Position numbers and translations under genes: made by a program | Source of the DNA: a virus | Taxonomy: Duplodnaviria; Caudoviricetes | Direction: 5' to 3' (one strand) | Length of the DNA: 64,000 bases | IMG/VR virus record: IMGVR_UViG_3300028864_000017 | Shown: in pieces, positions 56,155 through 64,000 of the stretch | Layout of the letters: the number at the start of each line of letters is the position of its first letter | Numbering within the stretch: position 1 is the first letter of the stretch | Notes under the pieces: generated by a model | What the model was told of the DNA's origin: nothing | Database searches by the model: none | The model's input: only the letters and a program-made list of their open reading frames with translations

Positions 56155-56516
56155 ATATTGAATTTAGTGGTATTTTTTTTAAATTCAATATCGTCATAGT
56201 ATTCTTGAATTTCTTCTGGAGTACATTCTAATTTACCCATAAATATATTATATTCATTACTTTCTGATGTTGGATACCAATACCATGTATATGAGTCTTC
56301 ATGTTCTGGATGTTTTACTAATGAAATAGTTTCAAAATTAGTATTAGTATCTTTAGTTGAAAAAACTTTATTCTTACGAAGCCTTATCCAATCGATAATT
56401 TGTTTATCTGGCATTCCAATTTTTTTAAGAGAGATATAAAAATCTGGCATTTTTACTGGAATATTCCAAACTAATTTTTTATCAGAATCTTCAAATAGTT
56501 TAAATTTAGTTATCAT
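56151..56516 (-). CDS. tagged hypothetical protein (ends TKFNI)
   Basis: MITKFKLFED...TTKFNI. Confidence 0.75.
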   Translation of the reverse strand: MITKFKLFEDSDKKLVWNIPVKMPDFYISLKKIGMPDKQIIDWIRLRKNKVFSTKDTNTNFETISLVKHPEHEDSYTWYWYPTSESNEYNIFMGKLECTPEEIQEYYDDIEFKKNTTKFNI

Positions 56517-56562
56517 GTCATTATATATAAAAAACATTTTTAGAAAATAAATATTAATATAT

Positions 56563-56889
56563 ATGAATATGGAAAATTCTAACTTAACTAAGCAAGCAAG
56601 ATCTGATATATTCTCTGAATTATATCCAATTATAATTTTTTATATCAATAAAGGAGCTACATCACAAGCATTGAAAAAATATTATAGAAACTCTAAAAGG
56701 TTTAATGATATTTTAGATGATATAAAAAACAAAGGTGCTAATATAATAACAGATGATATTGAGTATAAAAATTTAGTAAGAACTGTATTAAATGATATAT
56801 TAGATGATTTAATAGCAAAAGAAAAAGATGATGAATATAAAAAACTAACTCACATAAAAGAATTCAACTCATATGAATATAAAAAATAA
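56563..56889 (+). CDS. hypothetical protein
   Basis: 108-aa ORF. Confidence 0.75.
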   Translation: MNMENSNLTKQARSDIFSELYPIIIFYINKGATSQALKKYYRNSKRFNDILDDIKNKGANIITDDIEYKNLVRTVLNDILDDLIAKEKDDEYKKLTHIKEFNSYEYKK

Positions 56890-56898
56890 TTATCAAAA

Positions 56899-57435
56899 AT
56901 GATAAATGAAATAAATAATATAAAAAAATTCACAGAATGGTCTCCATTATATGAATTTCAAATACCTAATGTAAAATTGGATGAATTTTTCTATAACATA
57001 AAATTAGCTACTGCTAAATATACTAAAACTCTTGTTGATTATTTTAAAACATATGAACAATATATTGATTTAATGGATAAAAAGAAACATCAATTCAAAA
57101 TTAATGATATGTCAGGAGATATTTTAGGTACAGAAAAAGTAGTATTTAAATGTAGTATTTTTGATAAAGAAGATATTGAAAATATTAGAGAAAATTTAGT
57201 AACTTTTGCATTATCAGAATTCTATTCTGATATACCTGATTCATTAAACGTTTTTGGTATTATGATGAAACCTTTATCGTTTATTGATAAAGAAAAAGTT
57301 AAATATTCATTTCAACAAACAATAACATTTGACACAACAATAAACGTCATATCAACATTAGGTAATATGGTATATGACAATGAATTCAATGGCTATTATA
57401 TTTGGACTGACAAAAAAGACAAATTAACTGAATGA
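56899..57435 (+). CDS. hypothetical (putative virion) protein
   Basis: IKKFTEW near the start. Confidence 0.75.
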   Translation: MINEINNIKKFTEWSPLYEFQIPNVKLDEFFYNIKLATAKYTKTLVDYFKTYEQYIDLMDKKKHQFKINDMSGDILGTEKVVFKCSIFDKEDIENIRENLVTFALSEFYSDIPDSLNVFGIMMKPLSFIDKEKVKYSFQQTITFDTTINVISTLGNMVYDNEFNGYYIWTDKKDKLTE

Positions 57436-57971
57436 TAATTAAAAGATTTTTTCAATTAAATGAAAGTGTAATTCGGGAAGATAAATTATCTAAAATAGTA
57501 GATAGGTATGATGAATTATTAGAATATACAATTGAATATTTAAAAATATATGAGGAAATAGAAGATATAGTTAAAATAACTGATTTTTGGGATGATAATA
57601 TGATAGCATATACTGACAGTAATGAAAATGAAGAAGAATTTGAAATATCAAAAAATAGAATGATAGAATATAAGAAATATTTAAAAGAAAATGGAATAAA
57701 TAATTATAAAAAAATAATATCAGATAGAAATGATACATTTGGATGGATTACTGAATATTTAAAATTTAATAATTTATGTAAAGATTCTGAATATGTTGAT
57801 TTTTATACTTATACTGAAACTGGAAATGATGCATTAGAAATAGGAATAACAGACAATGATGTATTCAATCTTAGCAGGGATTACACATTCGATAAAGATG
57901 AATATCAATCATTAATATATTTCATAAATAATATAGAATCTTATGACTCAACAAAAAAATTTAATATTTGA
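57432..57971 (+). CDS. tagged hypothetical protein (ends KKFNI)
   Basis: MIIKRFFQLNE...STKKFNI. Confidence 0.75.
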   Translation: MIIKRFFQLNESVIREDKLSKIVDRYDELLEYTIEYLKIYEEIEDIVKITDFWDDNMIAYTDSNENEEEFEISKNRMIEYKKYLKENGINNYKKIISDRNDTFGWITEYLKFNNLCKDSEYVDFYTYTETGNDALEIGITDNDVFNLSRDYTFDKDEYQSLIYFINNIESYDSTKKFNI

Positions 57972-58228
57972 TTATGATAGAAAAAGATATGCAAATTAAA
58001 GAATTATATGATTTAAAACATATAAATGATAATATAATAACAGGATTTGATTATGAAGAAGGACTGATGACAAGATCATTATCTAATTTGATGTTTCAAA
58101 ATGAAACAACAAGCACATTTCTTGATAAAATTAAAAAATTATTGATTTATACAATAGAATCTAACTTAATAGTTAGAAATTTTTTCAATTATACAGTACA
58201 CAAATACTACAATAAACATAATAATTAA
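57968..58228 (+). CDS. hypothetical protein
   Basis: 86-aa ORF. Confidence 0.7.
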   Translation: MIMIEKDMQIKELYDLKHINDNIITGFDYEEGLMTRSLSNLMFQNETTSTFLDKIKKLLIYTIESNLIVRNFFNYTVHKYYNKHNN

Positions 58229-58230
58229 AT

Positions 58231-58506
58231 ATGGAAATTAGAAAATTTGAAAAATACGAAAATAAAATTGAGCCTTTTATACAAGATCCTGAATACAGAC
58301 TAATGCAGATTCATTCAAATGGAGACTCAGAAGAAATTGAGAGTGATGTAAATCCATTTGATTTAAATGAAATTGTTCAATTATACTTAGATTATAAAGG
58401 TTATGATAATAATATGTGGATAAAAAAAGTAACAGAAGAGATTGTAGACTTGAATATGATTCCTGAAATAAAAATACACTTATCTTCAAAAAAATATAAC
58501 ATATAA
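58231..58506 (+). CDS. tagged hypothetical protein (ends KKYNI)
   Basis: MEIRKFEKYE...SSKKYNI. Confidence 0.75.
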   Translation: MEIRKFEKYENKIEPFIQDPEYRLMQIHSNGDSEEIESDVNPFDLNEIVQLYLDYKGYDNNMWIKKVTEEIVDLNMIPEIKIHLSSKKYNI

Positions 58507-58576
58507 TTTTTTTATTCAAATTATTATTTGTATATTTGTATTCGGAATTATAATAACTCACTTAAAAAGGTATATA

Positions 58577-59434
58577 ATGAATACAAAAGTTGAAAATTTA
58601 AAAATCAAAAAGAACGCTAAAATTAACGAGAAAACATTCAAATATTATTCATTTGATATTGATGATAATTTGCTATACACAAACACTAAAATCATCATGG
58701 AACATTTAGTAAATAATGAATGGATTGATGAAGAAGTAGACACAGAAATGTTTGCTAAAGTCAGAAGTGCTGAAGGATGGCGGTATAAGTCAGGACAACT
58801 ATCATTTGCAAATTTTAGAGATTGGGGTAAACTAAAAGATGAGACATTCATCGTTGCATTCAAAGATGCTGTAATGAATAAGAAATTTGCACCTTCTTGG
58901 ACAACATTTATAGAATGTATCATAAATGGTAATATATTCTCTATTGTAACATCAAGAGGTCACTCGCCAAAAAACATAAAAAAAGCGTTATATTGGCTTA
59001 TATATGAGTATGGTTTAGAAAATTTCAAAGATTTACAAATTGAAAATGTGAATAAAGATGTTGATTTCAAAACTCAAATGATAAACAATCTTTTGAAATA
59101 TCACAAAATATTTGGAACTGAATCTCACCAAGTAATTGATTATTATATTGAATTATGTCCAATTTATACTGTATCATCTGATTATTTCATTGAAAAATAT
59201 GGAATAATGCCAATAGAAGAATCAAAAAAAGTTGCTCTTCAAGATTTTAATGTATTAGTTAATAAATATGCAAATAAATTAGGAATAAATGTTGAATATG
59301 GTTTTTCAGATGATGATCCTAATTTTGTTAAGGCTGCAATGGATCAATTTTTAGAATTAAGATTATCAACTAAGAATGTAACATATTCAGTATTTGATAC
59401 AGGTGGTGATAAAAGAGTAAAAAAGGTAATGTAA
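58577..59434 (+). CDS. HAD-superfamily phosphatase-like protein
   Basis: FDIDDN (motif I), IVTSRGH (motif II), K, FSDDD (motif IV). Confidence 0.75.
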   Translation: MNTKVENLKIKKNAKINEKTFKYYSFDIDDNLLYTNTKIIMEHLVNNEWIDEEVDTEMFAKVRSAEGWRYKSGQLSFANFRDWGKLKDETFIVAFKDAVMNKKFAPSWTTFIECIINGNIFSIVTSRGHSPKNIKKALYWLIYEYGLENFKDLQIENVNKDVDFKTQMINNLLKYHKIFGTESHQVIDYYIELCPIYTVSSDYFIEKYGIMPIEESKKVALQDFNVLVNKYANKLGINVEYGFSDDDPNFVKAAMDQFLELRLSTKNVTYSVFDTGGDKRVKKVM

Positions 59435-59438
59435 AATT

Positions 59439-59660
59439 ATGATACTCACAAATAAAAGTAGAAATATTTGGGTATCTGAGAATTTCAACAGATATAACAA
59501 ATTATCAAACATTTTTAATTTATCAAATGATGACATTAAATTTTTAGATAAATTTGAATCAATATATAATAAATTACACTCAAAAGAAATTAAAGAATTC
59601 TATAATGACACTCCATTAGCCCACATAGGACGAACTCACAAAGTTCTATATAAGAATTAA
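59439..59660 (+). CDS. hypothetical protein
   Basis: 73-aa ORF. Confidence 0.65.
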   Translation: MILTNKSRNIWVSENFNRYNKLSNIFNLSNDDIKFLDKFESIYNKLHSKEIKEFYNDTPLAHIGRTHKVLYKN

Positions 59661-59665
59661 AAACA

Positions 59666-59700
59666 AAAAAAACCAACATTATTAATGTTGGTTTTTTTAT
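59666..59700. terminator. bidirectional terminator
   Basis: aaaaaaccaacatt-att-aatgttggttttt. Confidence 0.75.
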
Positions 59701-59717
59701 ATAAACTAATATTGAAA

Positions 59718-59858
59718 TTAGTTTTTGCTATAAAACTCACCCATTGTAACCAATTGAAAGCACTGAGTAGGTGTAATGCCATTTTTCTCTGCATATTCAG
59801 CAATGTTTGATCCAGTTGAAACATAACCATTGTAAAAAGAAATTAATTGTTCATTCAT
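59718..59858 (-). CDS. small hypothetical protein (not in ORF track)
   Basis: 46 aa MNEQLISFYNGY...EFYSKN, with own TACCTTTG promoter (59897-59904) and downstream terminator. Confidence 0.6.
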   Translation of the reverse strand: MNEQLISFYNGYVSTGSNIAEYAEKNGITPTQCFQLVTMGEFYSKN

Positions 59859-59947
59859 TTTTTTAATTTTTAGATTGTTTTATAATTAATTGAATACAAA
59901 GGTATATAAAAAAATCTGAACTACAAAAGTAATTCAGATTTTTTATG

Positions 59948-60211
59948 TTAAATATTATGTTCTATTTCTAAAATTTTTATTTTTCTTTCATATGATATAT
60001 CTTTTAGATAAAACCAATTTTTATATGACAATCCAAAGTTATCTTTATTTATTGTAAAAAATGAATTTTCATCATTATCATCTAAAATACATAATCTCAT
60101 ATAATCTGTATCAATATCAATACTTATGATTTCATATAATGAACCACAAGTTAAAATTGATGAACCACATTCAGATTTATAACAACATAATTTATCTCCA
60201 ACTTTTATCAT
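59948..60211 (-). CDS. KOW-like small protein with RKIKI tag
   Basis: MIKVGDKL start; ends ERKIKILEIEHNI. Confidence 0.7.
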   Translation of the reverse strand: MIKVGDKLCCYKSECGSSILTCGSLYEIISIDIDTDYMRLCILDDNDENSFFTINKDNFGLSYKNWFYLKDISYERKIKILEIEHNI

Positions 60212-62007
60212 TTAAGCAAAGATTTCAATTCTTCTAAATAATCAGAGAATTGTTTGAATGCATCTTTATAACATTCTCCATCAGTCAAATCAATACCAGC
60301 TTTTTTAAGCAAATCTACAGGATAATCACTACCACCAGATTTCAATAATTCCATATATTTTTCTAATTGTTCTTTATCTCCATTCAAAATTCTAGTCGAA
60401 AGAATAACTGCAGAAATAAAGCTAGTTGAATATTGAAATACATAAAAATCATAATAGAAATGTGGAATACGTGACCATTCATTTGCATATAGTTTATCAA
60501 TTTTTATGATGTTTTTATCTTCACCATGATACTTTTTAAGTAATTCATAATACTTATCATTCATCATTGATGATGTTAGAACCTCTTCATTTTCTACTGA
60601 TTCATACATAAATTTTTCAAATTCAGCGAACATGGTTTGTCTGAATACAGTAGTCCTAAAATGTTCAATATAATTATTCAACAAGAAAATTTTCAATTGC
60701 TTATCATCTGTTGTAGTTAGCATATGATTAAGAAGCAATAACTCATTTGTTGTTGATGCAATTTCAGCAATGAATGTTGAGTAACTTGCTTTATTGTATG
60801 GTTGATTTTCATTACTTAGAACAGAATGTCCAGCGTGTCCAGCTTCATGAAGCATAGTTGAAACATCATCATATTTACCTTTATAGTTCAATAGAATATA
60901 AGGATGAACATCATACACAGAACCATTCATATAAGCACCAGTATCTTTAAATTGATTTGGATAAATATCTATCCAACTTTCACTTATTGCTCTATTCATA
61001 ATATCTGTATATTCTTCACCAAGAATTGCAGTAGATTCAATAAGTAATTTCTTAGCGTTATCATACGAATATTCATAATCAACATCATCAACAATAGGAT
61101 TATACAAATCATAATAATTCAAATCTTCATATCCTAAAATATCTTTTCTAAGATTAAGATAATCAAACATTTTATCAAGATTATTAGAAACGTTTTCAAT
61201 CAATCCGTCATAAATAGATGTTGGAATATTTTCTGATGATAAAGATTGATCTAAAGATGATTTATAATTTCTAATTTTACTTCCTGTTGTTGAACTCTTA
61301 ATAAATTTGAACATCAATTTAGATAGTGTGTTCTTATATTCATCAAATGTCTTATAGAAAGTATCATAAACTAATTTACGGTCATCTCTATTACTTGACT
61401 CAATTAATACTCTATAATTCCTATCATCAACCAAAACATCTTCTCCATTAGATAATTTTACAGTTGAATATTTCAGTTCAGTATTTTTGAATATAGTATA
61501 AACATCACTTGACGTAGAAAAAACATCCGAGATTTTAGTAAGAAGTTCTTCTTCTATTTTAGATAAAATATGACTCTTATTTTTTAAGGTATCTTTAATA
61601 TCAAAATGATAAAGCTTCAAATCATCATTTGATAATATTATAGAAATTGTTTCATCATCAAAATGAATAATTTCATCAGTGATGAATGCGCATTTTGAAC
61701 TTATTTTAACAGACGCATCTTTCACTTTCTGAACCAACTTATCTGCATCTTCATTATTTTGCTCTTGATCTAAATACATGTTAGCATAACAAAAAAGTTT
61801 TGTGATCATTTTTCTTACATCTCCCATTAAATCTAAGCAATCTTTCAGTTCTTTTGGATTTGATAATTTTCCATTAAATAATTCAATTTTTTCAGTGAAT
61901 CCAACAATTTTATTACAATCACTATCAAAATCTGATCTATTTTCGTAAATATGAGTCAAATTCCATTTAAACTCTTCGGGAATGTCTTTTCTTAATTTTG
62001 TTTCCAT
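60208..62007 (-). CDS. pepF: oligoendopeptidase F (peptidase M3B)
   Basis: WNL..IY, KDTGAYMNG...HPYILLNY, HEAGHAGH zinc motif, AEIAST, IPHFY..FYVFQY. Confidence 0.92.
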   Translation of the reverse strand: METKLRKDIPEEFKWNLTHIYENRSDFDSDCNKIVGFTEKIELFNGKLSNPKELKDCLDLMGDVRKMITKLFCYANMYLDQEQNNEDADKLVQKVKDASVKISSKCAFITDEIIHFDDETISIILSNDDLKLYHFDIKDTLKNKSHILSKIEEELLTKISDVFSTSSDVYTIFKNTELKYSTVKLSNGEDVLVDDRNYRVLIESSNRDDRKLVYDTFYKTFDEYKNTLSKLMFKFIKSSTTGSKIRNYKSSLDQSLSSENIPTSIYDGLIENVSNNLDKMFDYLNLRKDILGYEDLNYYDLYNPIVDDVDYEYSYDNAKKLLIESTAILGEEYTDIMNRAISESWIDIYPNQFKDTGAYMNGSVYDVHPYILLNYKGKYDDVSTMLHEAGHAGHSVLSNENQPYNKASYSTFIAEIASTTNELLLLNHMLTTTDDKQLKIFLLNNYIEHFRTTVFRQTMFAEFEKFMYESVENEEVLTSSMMNDKYYELLKKYHGEDKNIIKIDKLYANEWSRIPHFYYDFYVFQYSTSFISAVILSTRILNGDKEQLEKYMELLKSGGSDYPVDLLKKAGIDLTDGECYKDAFKQFSDYLEELKSLLK

Positions 62008-62009
62008 TT

Positions 62010-62735
62010 TTATTTTATAATTGTTTGAATTTTATCCGTTTGTGTTTGATTTTGCAACCATTTATTTGTAATTTTTCTATATTTTATGCTATCTTTAATC
62101 TCTTTAATCTTTTTTTTGGAATCTTCAATTTCTTTATGAAATCTTTCTTTATCAGAATTATATAAAGGCATAAGCTCATTATATAAATCTAATTGACTTT
62201 TATCATTACCATCATTCAGCATCTTAGTTGATTGAATCAAGCATGTTTTTACATCATCATTATTTATATACCAAGTTTTTTGTGTTATCCATTTTTTTGT
62301 ATCATCATCTATTTGAAATTGCTCTGATGTTAATTCAACTTCTTTCATATTAGTCAAATCAATTAATTTATTTTCATTATCTTTTAGCCATTTAGTATAT
62401 CGTTCCATATTACCAACGTTTTTCAACATATCAGATATTTTAACTCCTATTCCTAAATCTTCCTTTCCAAGATACATTCTAATAAAAATTAAAGCGCCTG
62501 GATGGGTTGTATCATCATCTTTAATAGCAAAATAACAACCAGCAGGAACAACCCATTCATCAGATGGTAAGAATGAAAATGATTTAACATAAATATCAGC
62601 TTTACCTTCTTCAATAAGTTCATCTACTAATTTAGCATATTCACTTGATTTTGCTCTAATGATTGATAGTGCCAAGCCTTGACCAGTTTCTTTTGTAAGA
62701 TGAATAATCTTATTTAGCATTTCTGTTTTTTCCAT
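62010..62735 (-). CDS. hypothetical protein
   Basis: 241-aa ORF. Confidence 0.75.
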   Translation of the reverse strand: MEKTEMLNKIIHLTKETGQGLALSIIRAKSSEYAKLVDELIEEGKADIYVKSFSFLPSDEWVVPAGCYFAIKDDDTTHPGALIFIRMYLGKEDLGIGVKISDMLKNVGNMERYTKWLKDNENKLIDLTNMKEVELTSEQFQIDDDTKKWITQKTWYINNDDVKTCLIQSTKMLNDGNDKSQLDLYNELMPLYNSDKERFHKEIEDSKKKIKEIKDSIKYRKITNKWLQNQTQTDKIQTIIK

Positions 62736-63263
62736 TTATTTTGTTTTTTTTGGTTTTATTGTCATTTGCATTCTTTTACCTTCTAATTTTGGCATAGACT
62801 CTGCTATTCCAATTCCATCTAATTCTTCAACAAACTTCAATAATTTAACTTTACCTTGATCTTGATATACTATCTCTCTTCCTTTGAAAAATACTGATAA
62901 TAATACTTTATTTCCTTCAGATAAAAAGTTTTTTGCGTGTGTCAATTTAAAATTGAAATCATGTTCATCAATATTAGGAGTCATTCTAATCTCTTTGACT
63001 TCAATCTGATTTTGTTTTTGAGTTTTCTTTTGTTCTTTATCTTTTTTCTTTTTATCATAAAGAAATTTTTCATAATCAACTATTCTACATATAGAAATAT
63101 TATTATTAGATGATATTTCTACTAAATCTAATTCCATTTCATCTGCAAGTCTAATAGCCTTTCTAGTATCTAAAACACAATTTTCGACGTTATCTCCTAC
63201 TAATCTAACACTTTGATTGGTAATAAATCTATTAATCTTGTTTTGATTTTCTGGTTTACTCAT
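62736..63263 (-). CDS. infC: translation initiation factor IF-3
   Basis: IN..I....VRLVG, LDLVEIS, CRIVDYEKF.Y, VKEIRM.PNIDEHD, FL.EGNKV...FKGRE, MPKLEGK. Confidence 0.95.
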   Translation of the reverse strand: MSKPENQNKINRFITNQSVRLVGDNVENCVLDTRKAIRLADEMELDLVEISSNNNISICRIVDYEKFLYDKKKKDKEQKKTQKQNQIEVKEIRMTPNIDEHDFNFKLTHAKNFLSEGNKVLLSVFFKGREIVYQDQGKVKLLKFVEELDGIGIAESMPKLEGKRMQMTIKPKKTK

Positions 63264-63331
63264 ATTTATTATTAATTATTTGTGCAAATATAATAAAATT
63301 ATTTCTATATACCAAATATATTGATACTTCA

Positions 63332-64000
63332 TTAAAAATATTTATGAAATATATTAAAATTTAATTTATTTTTATTTATAATATTAATCATAGAATAAAG
63401 TTGATTATTTTCATTAGTATTAAATAATACATCATTATATTCAGTATATTCTATTAATTTCCAAGCATCTAAAATCAATTCTTCCCTTATTTCTTCATAT
63501 AATTGATAATTGGAAAAATTATCTTTTTGCCCTAAAAAACGAAGTTCACTTCTTCTAAAATTATCAAGTTCACCATGTCCACAGCAAGGTCTCATAATAT
63601 CCAAAACATCAGAATCATAAACTATATTATGATTTATGTCATTTGTTAAGTTCTTACTAATTAGTGATGAAATATATTTACATTTATCTTCATCATAAAA
63701 AGAATTTTCTAATAAGTATTTTAAACAATTATTTGCACTATCATCTTCCCATAAATCTATTCCACTTCCTTTTCTACCGCTATCATGAAAAGATACTGCA
63801 TATCTTATTGCATTGAAATCTATATCTTTACCTAATTCCTTTGTATAAAATCTTGACATAAATTCAGAAAAAATAATAGATCTTGATATGTGACGTCTTC
63901 CATGAATTCCATATTCATCAAAACTATTTTCATGTTTTTTATAAATATTTAGAATTGATTTATCCAACTCATTTAAAAAATCATTCCATTCTTCAATGTC
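63332..64000 (-). CDS. HD-domain protein (frame open to window edge, 5' end possibly outside)
   Basis: HG..H..R, FHDSGR, DSD motifs. Confidence 0.75.
   Translation of the reverse strand, partial: DIEEWNDFLNELDKSILNIYKKHENSFDEYGIHGRRHISRSIIFSEFMSRFYTKELGKDIDFNAIRYAVSFHDSGRKGSGIDLWEDDSANNCLKYLLENSFYDEDKCKYISSLISKNLTNDINHNIVYDSDVLDIMRPCCGHGELDNFRRSELRFLGQKDNFSNYQLYEEIREELILDAWKLIEYTEYNDVLFNTNENNQLYSMINIINKNKLNFNIFHKYF

Noticed and set aside
4792-58923. Antisense or overlapping ORFs from the track (e.g. 4792-5001, 5529-5714, 6530-6763, 7928-8119, 8670-8858, 12927-13133, 16479-16664, 16807-17094, 17573-17815, 17937-18128, 20550-20783, 23906-24115, 30638-30949, 31627-31863, 32395-32622, 34298-34642, 37911-38096, 46422-46625, 48370-48552, 49800-49982, 50384-50584, 51498-51695, 58277-58561, 58645-58923)
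   Set aside because: They lie opposite or within better-supported genes and have shadow-like composition.
1-64000. Alternative genetic code (TAG or TGA reassignment), as in some large Bacteroidota phages
   Set aside because: Long genes (PepF, gp46, amidoligase, tape-measure-like) are uninterrupted in the standard code, coding density is already high, and no suppressor tRNA is seen.
1-64000. CRISPR array or diversity-generating retroelement
   Set aside because: No repeat-spacer array with unique spacers and no reverse transcriptase or TR/VR pair. The repeats found are coding tandem repeats or gene duplications.

Overview
A very AT-rich, densely coded segment of a large tailed-phage (jumbo/huge phage) genome read in the standard genetic code. 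The host is probably a Bacteroidota species, because TTTG-N19-20-TAnnTTTG promoters recur throughout. 1-18.8 kb is mostly a + strand block of small accessory genes. It includes a radical SAM/SPASM enzyme, a catalytic-domain-only HisRS-like protein, an IMPDH/GMP-reductase and seven genes sharing the N-terminal motif MK(I/V)RxGFVSNSSSSSF. 18.8-23.9 kb is a tRNA region with tandem promoters, two leader-peptide/terminator attenuator-like units, an HNH endonuclease and 16 tRNA or tRNA-like genes. Several of these are structurally abnormal: long-variable-arm tRNAs with Asn and Asp anticodons, two RNAs lacking a D-arm but carrying a D-loop-like motif 3' of the anticodon arm, and one with a ~50-nt D-loop insertion. 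24-64 kb holds structural and replication genes: a tape-measure-like protein, a gp46/SbcC ATPase, a gp13-like neck protein, a holin-like protein, an amidoligase, two DNA methyltransferases, the C-terminal half of a family B DNA polymerase, an ankyrin protein, PepF, IF3 and an HD protein. Across the window many otherwise unrelated proteins share short terminal tags: an N-terminal T4-like capsid-targeting-type motif, a C-terminal K[YF]N[ILV] motif, or a C-terminal R-x-x-K-[LI]-x-x-[LI] motif. All product calls come from motif recognition by eye; no searches were run.
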